Source of the DNA: Gemmatimonadota bacterium
GTDB lineage: Bacteria; Gemmatimonadota; Gemmatimonadetes; Gemmatimonadales; GWC2-71-9
Direction of reading: 5' to 3'
NCBI GenBank assembly: GCA_036679645.1
Contig: JAZDCY010000025.1
Location: 1 to 49,289 of the forward strand
DNA: 49,289 nt
Positions 7,796-16,523 of this stretch are shown in pieces; position 1 is the stretch's first letter; every line of letters starts with the position of its first letter. The position numbers and the translations under genes are program-made. The notes under the pieces were generated by a model. That model worked only from the letters and a program-made list of their open reading frames with translations. It searched no databases and had not been told where the DNA came from.

Positions 7796-7907
7796 TCGCA
7801 CAAGAGCGCGTGCCCCTGTGGGAAGGGAATCGACTAGGGCGCCCCGACGGGCCCAGCTTTGTTCGATGTGAACCAGCGTTCACAGTGATGCGCGCGGAAG
7901 GCGAGAC

Positions 7908-8663
7908 TCAGCGGCAGGACGTGTTGTCGCTCGTCACGTACATGCGCTGACCGTCCACGTAGGTCCCCCCGTCCCGGTACTCCAGCAGCGCCTGGCCGAC
8001 GTTCCCGTTATGCCAGCGCAGCTCAATGCCCACGATGTTGCCCTGTTCGACGATTCTCCAGGTGCCCGCGCCTCCGTCGCTTCCTCCGCTGTACCCCCCC
8101 GTACCGCCACATCGACGCTGACGGAGCTGGACCCCGAATAGAAGAAGCGCCCATCGCTGCAGAGGTCGTACTCCTCCCGCGCGCTATAGCCGCCCGTACC
8201 GCCCGAACTCGAGTAGCTCTCGATCCGCGTGACCCTCTTGCCCGCCAGATGCGCGAGCCATTCCCGTCCCATCTGGGAGAGTTGCTGTTGCCCTGCCTGG
8301 CCCTGACCGGGCGGCTGCGTTGCCGGGGCGGGTTGCCGTGCTCCGGCAGCCTGCCGGCGGAGTTGCAGTGTTTGCCCATCTACAGTACATGACGAGCAGA
8401 TCGCCCTGCAGGGCCGCGGTCCAGGGATACGTCGTCCCCTGCGCCGAGTAGCTTCCCTCGAGACCGTTCATGGTCTGCCGGGCGGTGACTGGGAACCGTT
8501 GCCCCTGCAAGACGGCCACTCCGCTGTACCCACCCCGCGCGGCCTGGAGTTGCAGAACGAGCACGTCACTACTGAACGTCCCGACATACGGATCACTCTG
8601 TGCTGCCACGCTCCCCAGCGGTGACGCCAAGGTGAGAATGAGGATGACGGTGGGGACACGCAT
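7908..8663 (-). CDS. Secreted hypothetical protein with two apparent frameshifts (~8385, ~8105)
   Basis: Signal peptide MRVPTVILILTLASPLGSVAAQ; frames join into GREWLAHLAGKRVTRIESYSS...LCSDGRF...GTWRIV...TYVDGQRMYVTSDNTSCR*. Confidence 0.65.
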
Positions 8664-8735
8664 GATATGCCTCGGTGAATCGGGAGCGAATGACTCCAGA
8701 ATGGTAGGGCTCGCAGGACCTGTCAACGGAAGCCG

Positions 8736-9803
8736 CTATCGTCCGCGCCAGATCCTCCACCGGTCCACGACATCCTGTCCGCGCACCACCACGTACTCGT
8801 CGAAGCATGCGACGGCGAGACATGAATGATTGGGCAGGACGCGAACGCGCTCGCCGTACGGCAGCGAGCCGTGGACCTTGCCGTGTTCCTGACTCAGACC
8901 GGCGACCCAGACGTCGTCGCGCAGCGTGCCTGCGGCGTAGTCGGCATAGATGCGTCCCATCGATTCGAGACCGCGGTCCGGTCCCGGGTCCTTGGAAAGG
9001 GCGAGCGCTCCGGCGTCGGTCACCACGTGCTCCGCGTCCGGTTGAGCGGAGACGACGCTCGCGAGCACGGTGACGGCACAATCAGCGGCCGTACACGAGC
9101 CGAGCGCGACCTGCATTCCGTCATAGAAGGCGTAGTTGCCCGGGCGGGTCTCGGTCACACCGTCGAGCGACTCCACGACGGACATCGCCGGTGTAGATCC
9201 GACACTGGCCTTGGCATCGATTCCCTCGTCGGCCAGTCGCGCTCGCAGGTCGGCCACAGCTTGCCGCTCCTGCTCTGCAATAGCGCGCCGTTCGGCAGTG
9301 TCGTACGCATCGTACGCGTGGCCGGAGTGCGTGAGGAGCCCCTCGAAATGCAGCGTCAGTGATGCGGCGATACGACGGGCAAGATCCAGGGTTGTCGCGG
9401 CCTCGGGATCCATGCCCGCGCGGTGATACCCGCAGTCGATCTCGAGCCACACCGGGAACGGAACCCCGCGCCGTTCGAGCAGATCGACCGCGAGGGCGGT
9501 ATCTACAGTGACCCCTTGGCTTGGGATGAGTGGAAAAGCCCACGTGATGTCCTCGAACCCGTGGTCGGCGAATATCGTAGCCTCGTAGAGCGTCGATACG
9601 GTGATGCCCTGCGCGCCGAGTTCCCGTTGCCGTTGGGCGATCTCGATGCACTTGTGTGTCTTGATATGCGGCCGCAGCGAAACGCCCAACGCGCGGCATC
9701 GCTCCGCCATGTGCACCAGGTTCCGGTCGAGCCGTTCCCGGTCGAGCACGAGCGCGGGCGTTGGGATGTCGGCGAGCGTTACCATGACGGACACGGCTGA
9801 CAT
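8736..9803 (-). CDS. D-threonine aldolase / D-serine dehydratase (DSD1)-like PLP enzyme, alanine racemase fold
   Basis: TPALVLD, LRPHIKTHK, HSGHAY, GSTP, RPGNY, SQEHG, PNHSC. Confidence 0.9.
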   Translation of the reverse strand: MSAVSVMVTLADIPTPALVLDRERLDRNLVHMAERCRALGVSLRPHIKTHKCIEIAQRQRELGAQGITVSTLYEATIFADHGFEDITWAFPLIPSQGVTVDTALAVDLLERRGVPFPVWLEIDCGYHRAGMDPEAATTLDLARRIAASLTLHFEGLLTHSGHAYDAYDTAERRAIAEQERQAVADLRARLADEGIDAKASVGSTPAMSVVESLDGVTETRPGNYAFYDGMQVALGSCTAADCAVTVLASVVSAQPDAEHVVTDAGALALSKDPGPDRGLESMGRIYADYAAGTLRDDVWVAGLSQEHGKVHGSLPYGERVRVLPNHSCLAVACFDEYVVVRGQDVVDRWRIWRGR

Positions 9804-9885
9804 GGGCTGCTGAACGGTTGCGGAGCGGATTGTGTGGCGGAGGCGCGCGGAGCGGCGGCCTGGACGACCGCGGCGCAGCGGGCTG

Positions 9886-11988
9886 CTACGTTACTTGCTC
9901 GCTCAACAGCTTGTGGATCGTGAAGAGAAGGTCTGTGACGGTCCATGGCTTGTGCAGGAACGGGATTTCGGGGTCTAGTTGGGCACGCTCAGCGGCGTAC
10001 CCGCTCACGAATAAGAACTGCACGTTCGCGTCCTGACTGCGCAAGGTCTCGAACAATTCGCGGCCGCCCATGACAGGCATGACCATGTCCGTGATGACCA
10101 GCGAGATGTCGCGTTCGTTCTCCGCGAATCGACCGAGCGCTTCCTGCCCGTTCCCCACGAGGAGCACCCGATACCCGGCGTGCTCGAGCACGCGCGTGGT
10201 GACGCTTGCCACAGCGTGGTCGTCTTCGACGAGCAGGATCGTCGCCGGCCGGGCGGCACGTACCGCCGCCTGCTCGCGATCGCGATGGTGCTCCGCGTCC
10301 TCGCCAATGACGGGGAAATACATCTGCAGCGTCGTGCCACGTCCGGGAGCGCTGCGGAGATCGACGAAGCCGTCCTGCTGCTTCACGAGCCCGTAGATCA
10401 TGGCCATGCCGAGCCCTGTCCCGACGCCGGTGGGCTTGGTTGTAAAGAAGGGTTCGAAGGCACGCTGCACCGTTTGCTCGTCCATGCCCTTCCCTGTGTC
10501 ACTCACAATGATGCTCACATAGTGGCCGGGCTGTCCCCATCCGTGACGCGCACGGTGCTCCTCATCGATCCATGTGTCGCGTACCTCGATCGTGAGCACA
10601 CCGCCCCCGGACATCGCGTCACGCGCGTTCGTCGCGGCGTTGAGCACCATCTGCTCGATGGTTCCGGGATCGACGCGCACGATCGGGGTGTGTTCCGGCG
10701 TGATCACCCGAATCTCGATGTCTTCGGGGAGCAGTCGCTGCAGCGTCTTGGATAACGGCTGCACCACGGAGCCAAGATCCGTGGGTCGCTGCTCGATCTG
10801 GGTCTGGCGGCTGAAGCCGAGCAGGTGCTTGACGAGTTCTGTTCCCCGTTTGGCGGCGGCTTGAAGCTCATCGACGTCGCAGGCGAGTTCGAGCTGGTCC
10901 TCATGAAGCGAGTGCTTGATGAGATCTGCGGTCGCCATGATAACCGTGAGGATGTTGTTGAAGTCGTGCGCTATGCCGCCGCTGAGCTGGCCTACAGCCT
11001 CCATCTTCTGCGCCTGACGGAGCTGCGCTTCGAGCGCACGGCGCTCGGTGAAATCCTCGACGGTCATCTCGAACCCGAACACGCAGTCATCAGAGTCCCG
11101 CAGGGGCCGGCCAAAGAGCCGTACGGTTAGCGCTGAGCCGTCCTTTTTCCGCCAGTGCGCCTCGAGTCCCTCGATCCGTTCGGACGCCTGGTACGCCTCG
11201 ACCAGCATGTGGCGTTCTGCCGGGTCGGCGTACACGTCCCGGGTGACGTCGAGATCCAGCACTTCCTCGATGGAGTCGTAGCCCAGCATCGCGACGAGAG
11301 CCGGGTTCACAGCCAGGAACCGACCGTCGATCGTGGAACGGTAGATGCCGACGAGCGCGTGATCCACCAGCGCACGGTAGCTGGCCTCAGAGGTGCGGAG
11401 GGCTTCCTCAGTTCGCAGACGCTCGCTAGCCTCCACCGCGAGGGCCGCATAGTCAGCAATCGACCCGACGAATAGCTCGTCCTCGGGCAACCACCTGCGG
11501 ACGCCCCCCACGTGCTCGTGACACACGACGCCGATCGTACGGCCGCCCACTCGGATCGGTGCGTCGAGCATGGCACCTATCCCGAATTCCGTGAGGTAGC
11601 TTTCGGAGAATTCCGCCGTACGCGGATCCGCATGGACATCGTATACGGCGATCGTACGATGCTCCTGCAGCGCGGCGAAGTAGTCTGCGAACTCCTGTGC
11701 GCTCAGTGTGGTGCCGGCGCTGTGGCGCTGTGCGTCGCGCTCCCACAGGTCCGCGCAACGGATCGAGGTGTGCGTGTCATCGAAGAGCCAAATGCCCACA
11801 CGCGCGACGTCGAGCACGTCCGCGGCCGTTTCCGTGATCGCGCGGAATGCCCGCTTGCGGTCCCCGCGCCGAAAGGCCTCGATGCTCGACAGGGCCGCAA
11901 GCGCATCCTGACGGGCGCGGAGCCGCTCTTCGGCGGTACGGTGCTCCGGCTCGGGCCGGTGCGCGGCGGGTGGATTTGGTACGTGCAT
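9886..11988 (-). CDS. Hybrid sensor histidine kinase (GAF-PAS-HisKA-HATPase-REC)
   Basis: GGIAHDFNNIL, NARDAM, DTGKGM, FEPFFTTK, GTGLG, receiver LLVEDD/TDMVMP/KP; start could be 12033. Confidence 0.93.
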   Translation of the reverse strand: MHVPNPPAAHRPEPEHRTAEERLRARQDALAALSSIEAFRRGDRKRAFRAITETAADVLDVARVGIWLFDDTHTSIRCADLWERDAQRHSAGTTLSAQEFADYFAALQEHRTIAVYDVHADPRTAEFSESYLTEFGIGAMLDAPIRVGGRTIGVVCHEHVGGVRRWLPEDELFVGSIADYAALAVEASERLRTEEALRTSEASYRALVDHALVGIYRSTIDGRFLAVNPALVAMLGYDSIEEVLDLDVTRDVYADPAERHMLVEAYQASERIEGLEAHWRKKDGSALTVRLFGRPLRDSDDCVFGFEMTVEDFTERRALEAQLRQAQKMEAVGQLSGGIAHDFNNILTVIMATADLIKHSLHEDQLELACDVDELQAAAKRGTELVKHLLGFSRQTQIEQRPTDLGSVVQPLSKTLQRLLPEDIEIRVITPEHTPIVRVDPGTIEQMVLNAATNARDAMSGGGVLTIEVRDTWIDEEHRARHGWGQPGHYVSIIVSDTGKGMDEQTVQRAFEPFFTTKPTGVGTGLGMAMIYGLVKQQDGFVDLRSAPGRGTTLQMYFPVIGEDAEHHRDREQAAVRAARPATILLVEDDHAVASVTTRVLEHAGYRVLLVGNGQEALGRFAENERDISLVITDMVMPVMGGRELFETLRSQDANVQFLFVSGYAAERAQLDPEIPFLHKPWTVTDLLFTIHKLLSEQVT

Positions 11989-12082
11989 ACCGTTCGATTG
12001 TGAGTGAGTCAACGCCCTGAGTATCGGCGCCATTGGGAGGGTCCTGAAGGCGAGAACGGGCTATCTTTTTGCCCCTATGCAT

Positions 12083-13522
12083 ATGTCAGAAAGCGACATG
12101 CACCCCCTCGAGCTTTCGGCCGAGGCGATGCGGCAACTGGTCGATGACGCGATGGATCACATCGTCCGCCACATCGTCTCGCTACCCGATCAACCGGCTC
12201 ACGATCTTGCCGACCCGGCCGATGCTGCGCGCAGCTTGCGCGAATCGCTTCCGGAGAATGGTACGGCGCACGGCGAGCTGTTCGACCTTCTGTTCAACAG
12301 CTGTGTGCATAAGAGCTACAACACCGCCGGCCCCGGGTACCTCGCGTACATCCCCGGCGGCGGGCTCTTCCACTCGGCGGTAGCCGATCTCATCGCCGAC
12401 GCGATCAACCGGTACGTCGGCGTGTGGATTGCCGCGCCGGCGCTCGTCCAGCTCGAGGCAAACGTGATCCGGTGGTTCTGCGAACTCGTGGGATATCCGG
12501 CCGACGCGGGTGGCATTCTCACCAGTGGCGGATCTCTCGCGAACCTCTCCGCTGTCGTGACTGCGCGCGAGGAGAAGCTGGGAGAGTCGTTCCAGGACGG
12601 CCGGATCTACGTCTCGGACCAGGTACATCACTCGATCGAGAAAGCGGCGATGCTTGCGGGGTTCCCCAGCCGCTGTGTGCGCGTCCTCCCGTCGGACGCG
12701 CGCTACCGCGTGCGTCTTGACGCGCTCGAGGAAGCGATCGCCGAAGACCAACAGGCGGGTCACCGGCCCTTTCTCGTGGTCGAGAGCGCCGGTACGACCA
12801 ACACGGGCGCGATCGACGATCTAACCGCGATTGCCCGGGTGGCACGGGAACACGATCTCTGGGTTCACGCGGACGCGGCGTATGGCGGGTTCTTCGCGCT
12901 GACCGAGCGCGGCCGCGCGGCGCTCGCGGGGCTCGCCGAGGCGGACTCGATCACCCTCGATCCGCACAAGGGGTTGTTCCTCCCGTACGGCACCGGATCG
13001 CTTCTCGTGCGGGATTGCGCAGCCCTGCGGCGTGCCCACGAGCGGGACGCCGCCTACCTGCCCGAGATGCGCTCCGATGCGGACTTCGTAGATTTCTGCC
13101 AGCTCTCGCCCGAGCTGTCCCGGGCGTTCCGTGGGCTCCGCGTGTGGCTACCGTTCAAAATGGCGGGCGCCGCCGCCTTCCGGGACGCACTGGACGAGAA
13201 GCTGGACCTCACGCAGTGGGCCACCGACGAGCTGCGCGGTATCCCGGGCATCGAGATCGTGGCTGAACCCCAGCTGTCGATCGTCGCGTTCCGTCTCGCG
13301 GTGTCCGGCTCCGATCCAGAGACCGAGAATCGAGTGAATCGTGAATTCCTCGATCGGATCAACGCCATGCGGCGCGTCTACCTGACTGGGACGACGCTCG
13401 ACGGACGGTTCGTATTACGCATTTGCGTGCTCTCGTTCCGCACACACATCGATCGGATGCACGAAGCGCTGGCCAACATCCGCACCGCAGCCGCAGAGCT
13501 GACCGCCCGGCCCACGGGGTAG
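12083..13522 (+). CDS. Group II PLP-dependent decarboxylase (aromatic L-amino acid/glutamate family)
   Basis: SGGSLANL, AGTTNTGAIDD, HADAAYGG, DPHKGLF. Confidence 0.92.
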   Translation: MSESDMHPLELSAEAMRQLVDDAMDHIVRHIVSLPDQPAHDLADPADAARSLRESLPENGTAHGELFDLLFNSCVHKSYNTAGPGYLAYIPGGGLFHSAVADLIADAINRYVGVWIAAPALVQLEANVIRWFCELVGYPADAGGILTSGGSLANLSAVVTAREEKLGESFQDGRIYVSDQVHHSIEKAAMLAGFPSRCVRVLPSDARYRVRLDALEEAIAEDQQAGHRPFLVVESAGTTNTGAIDDLTAIARVAREHDLWVHADAAYGGFFALTERGRAALAGLAEADSITLDPHKGLFLPYGTGSLLVRDCAALRRAHERDAAYLPEMRSDADFVDFCQLSPELSRAFRGLRVWLPFKMAGAAAFRDALDEKLDLTQWATDELRGIPGIEIVAEPQLSIVAFRLAVSGSDPETENRVNREFLDRINAMRRVYLTGTTLDGRFVLRICVLSFRTHIDRMHEALANIRTAAAELTARPTG

Positions 13523-13585
13523 GCCAAAACGACGTAACGCATTGCCACATAAGCAGATGATCGACGCCATTCTGGCAGATTTGGC

Positions 13586-13600
13586 CGGCATGATGTCTGC
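13586..13600 (+). promoter_or_regulatory. Possible sigma54 -24/-12 promoter for hsp20
   Basis: CGGCAT-gatgt-CTGC (GG-N10-GC) ~60 bp upstream of the start. Confidence 0.35.
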
Positions 13601-13658
13601 GTAATAGGGCGCCGGAAGTCTCAGACATCGGATGTACCTAATCTCAGGAGGTGTTGTG

Positions 13659-14120
13659 ATGACGTATCCGACGCTGTGGCGGGGCACGACGCCCTCCGTG
13701 TGGGGTGATCTTCTTGGCGCACGCCGCGAGTTCGACCGGCTCCTCGACCGTTTCGCGGACCGGGCCGCCGACACGAGCCCGTCCCTGGCTCCCGCGGTCG
13801 ACGTGCGCGAGACCGAGGACGGGCTCCTAGTGACGGCGGAACTGGCGGGCATTCGCCAGGAAGACGTGAACGTCAGTATCGAGAACAACGTGCTCACCAT
13901 CTCGGGCGAGAAGAAGGACGAGGTTCGGGAGGGGAATGGGGACGGCAACTATCATCTTCTCGAGCGCCGCTACGGGCGCTTCGAGCGCACGTTCACACTT
14001 CCCCGCACGGTAAACACCGATAAGATCGATGCGCGGTTCGAGAACGGTCTGTTGACCGTGACGCTGCCGAAGTCGGAGACAGCCAAACCGCGGAAGATCA
14101 AGGTGTCGGTGGGCAAGTAA
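13659..14120 (+). CDS. Hsp20/alpha-crystallin small heat-shock protein
   Basis: AGGAGG RBS; PAVDVRE, LTISGEK, ERRYGRFERTFTLP, NGLLTVTLPK. Confidence 0.95.
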   Translation: MTYPTLWRGTTPSVWGDLLGARREFDRLLDRFADRAADTSPSLAPAVDVRETEDGLLVTAELAGIRQEDVNVSIENNVLTISGEKKDEVREGNGDGNYHLLERRYGRFERTFTLPRTVNTDKIDARFENGLLTVTLPKSETAKPRKIKVSVGK

Positions 14121-14144
14121 GACGCCCAACCCCACACTCAACGC

Positions 14145-14174
14145 AAACGCCCGGCCTAGGCCGGGCGTTTTCTT
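14145..14174. terminator. Intrinsic terminator between hsp20 and the convergent tRNA
   Basis: Perfect palindrome AAACGCCCGGCCTAGGCCGGGCGTTT followed by T-rich bases. Confidence 0.85.
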
Positions 14175-14184
14175 CGCCCGAAAG

Positions 14185-14257
14185 CTCCGGAGGAGGGACT
14201 CGAACCCCCGACCCGACGGTTAACAGCCGTCTGCTCTACCAACTGAGCTACTCCGGA
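14185..14257 (-). tRNA. tRNA-Asn(GTT), CCA not encoded
   Basis: Cloverleaf: TCCGGAG acceptor, GCTC-AGTTGGTA-GAGC D arm, GACGG-CTGTTAA-CCGTC anticodon arm, TTCGAGT T loop. Confidence 0.97.
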
Positions 14258-14801
14258 TCAGCGAACGCAGTCTAATTGCACGGCTTGTGATCATCAAGCA
14301 GCGTGCCGTTCACGCTCTCGGCTGCTGGAGAGGGACTCGACGCGCAGGCTGCGCCCACGCGGATCGCCGGTGTCGAATGGAGGCAGCCAGTCGGTTGGTA
14401 CGTGGGCGTCGAGGAGACGAGCCAACGCTCGCCTGCGCCGTCGCACCGGGGCGTTACGAGAGAGGCAAGCGCATCCCCATGGAGCTGTCGGCGGGTCGGA
14501 CAGTCCTGTACGGACCAATACATCGGCATTGTGTTAACCTTGAACGACGAGAAACTCGTCATTATCAAGGAAACCGAGGTACGCCCCATCCGCGTCGAGC
14601 ACGAGTATCGGCGTCATGGGGTGTGTGCCTACATCGCAGCGTGGGACGTGCATCGGGCCCATCTCTTCGGCAGACTGTCGAGGTCTGCCAACGGTGCATC
14701 GAGCCAGCCGGTCCAGCGATTTCAGCCTGTAGCGGAGGACTAGTACCTGCCCAGGGGTGCCTTTTGGGGCTAGGGAAACGGTGGGGAGAAGGGGAAGGCA
14801 A

Positions 14802-15602
14802 ATGCACGACTTGAAGATGGCAACGCATTTCAAGACGATCGCCCCGGTGTATCGCACGCTCCGCGAGCTCGATGGGCGGGCCGTTCGTCGTGTCTCACTC
14901 GAATTGCGTCAACTCGCCACCGTCATGGGCGGCGTCAGCTTCCTGGACGTGGGTGCGGGCACCGGCAGGTATACGGACGCGGTACTCCCTGACCGGAGCG
15001 TACGGGCTGATCTCGGCTTCCGTGGTGTCGCGTGTGACGCGATCTCCGAAATGTTGCGTGGCGGGGCTGCTAACCACGGGCCGCGTGCGACAGGCATCGA
15101 CGCTGTTGTCGGGCTCTCGGAGTCCCTGCCCTTCGCAACGAAATCCTTCGATGCGGTCTTGTCGTTCAATGCTATCCACCACTTCGACCTGCAGGGATTC
15201 CTCTCCGAGGTCGGCCGCGTGCTGCGTTCGGATGGACGGCTCATCGTATACACACGGAGCCCGGAGCAGAACCGACGCACGATTTGGGGGCAGTACTTCC
15301 CGCACTTCGCCGAACGCGAAGCGCGGCTCTATACCGAGAATGCCTTGATCGCCGCGTTCGAGGCAACGAAGGTGTTCACGTCGCTTCAGCTGCTTGACAT
15401 GCCCTGGACGATTCGCACAAGTCTGTCTCGGCTCCTAGATCAAGCCCGGAGCGGCGCCTACTCCACGTTCCGGTTCTACTCAGCGGAGGAGCTCGACGAC
15501 GCGCTGGATGTTTTCGAGACGCAGGTGAAGGCGAACTTTGCTGACCCTTCGGCAATCACCGCCCGCAACGATCATACGCTGGTGCTGGCGAGCCGGCGCT
15601 GA
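14802..15602 (+). CDS. Class I SAM-dependent methyltransferase
   Basis: FLDVGAGTGRY, LPFATKSFDAV, AIHHFD, RVLRSDG. Confidence 0.9.
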   Translation: MHDLKMATHFKTIAPVYRTLRELDGRAVRRVSLELRQLATVMGGVSFLDVGAGTGRYTDAVLPDRSVRADLGFRGVACDAISEMLRGGAANHGPRATGIDAVVGLSESLPFATKSFDAVLSFNAIHHFDLQGFLSEVGRVLRSDGRLIVYTRSPEQNRRTIWGQYFPHFAEREARLYTENALIAAFEATKVFTSLQLLDMPWTIRTSLSRLLDQARSGAYSTFRFYSAEELDDALDVFETQVKANFADPSAITARNDHTLVLASRR

Positions 15603-15849
15603 GCGCGGCACCGCCTGATTGGTTCTCGAACAAAGGCCGGAATGGACGCTTTCTGCTTCTCGGGTCGGTCTCTCCCTTGCTGACGGCGCGGGTTTCCGAA
15701 TCGTTGGCGGGACGCCTTTCGCCGATCCAACTAACCCTGTTCCCCTGGACCGAGCTGAAAACCGAAGGTATCCCGAAAACGCCTCCTGCAATCTCGATGG
15801 CTCATCGAGCGGCTTCATCATTGGCCCGCGTGAGGCGGTCATCTCGCGA

Positions 15850-16491
15850 TCAGTTGACCGAGACGAAGATGGCGATCGAGAGAAAGACCTGAACGATTCC
15901 GACAACCAGGACCCAGTCTTCGCGCGTGAACCACTTCCGTGGCACGATGATCTCGTCGCCGGAGCGCACGCCGATTTCCGCCAGAGTTCTTCCGCTCAGC
16001 GTTTCGCGCTCAAAGTCGAACTCCGCTTCCGCCCCCGTACGGAGCACGCGGATCTTTCCGATGTTTCCCTGCGACGTGGGGCCACCGGCCAACGCGACGG
16101 CGTCGAGCACGCTGAGAGTGGGGTCGACCGTATAGAGTCCGGGGTTCCGCACGTGGCCGAGGACCGCCATGCGAAAGAGCGGAGTGACCGTTACGAACGG
16201 ATTCACGAAGATGTTTTCCAGTTCCGCGCGGATGCGGTCGCGCACCTCAGCGATTGTTTGCGACCGGACCTCCAGATCTCCCACACCGGGATACTGGATC
16301 TCCCAGTTCTCGTTGACCTGGAACCGGCCCGAGAACTCTTCGTGGCCCCACACGCGCACCTCGAGAATGTCTCCGGGGCTGAGCCGGTACGTGGAGCCGG
16401 CGCCCATGACGGCGCCCTGGGGTTCTTGCGCGTGTGCGGCGAGGGGCACGGCGCACGCGAGGATCGCGAGGGACAGCAGTCGGGAGCGCAT
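15850..16491 (-). CDS. Polysaccharide biosynthesis/export (Wza-like, SLBB) protein
   Basis: Signal peptide, YRLSPGDILEVRVWG, VLGHVRNPGLY, DAVALAGG, C-terminal helix. Confidence 0.85.
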   Translation of the reverse strand: MRSRLLSLAILACAVPLAAHAQEPQGAVMGAGSTYRLSPGDILEVRVWGHEEFSGRFQVNENWEIQYPGVGDLEVRSQTIAEVRDRIRAELENIFVNPFVTVTPLFRMAVLGHVRNPGLYTVDPTLSVLDAVALAGGPTSQGNIGKIRVLRTGAEAEFDFERETLSGRTLAEIGVRSGDEIIVPRKWFTREDWVLVVGIVQVFLSIAIFVSVN

Positions 16492-16523
16492 GGCGCACAA
16501 TGTTGTTATTGCGGCTCCTTGGG

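Noticed and set aside
14185..14257. tRNA-Asn as attachment site of an island containing the array
   Set aside because: No integrase or duplicated tRNA 3' end seen, and the intervening genes look chromosomal.
14272..14790. Short ORFs between the tRNA and the methyltransferase
   Set aside because: Several competing frames with no recognisable motif or clear RBS.
15610..15845. Possible riboswitch or ncRNA in the gap after the methyltransferase
   Set aside because: I could not match it to a known family by eye; an Rfam/Infernal search would decide.
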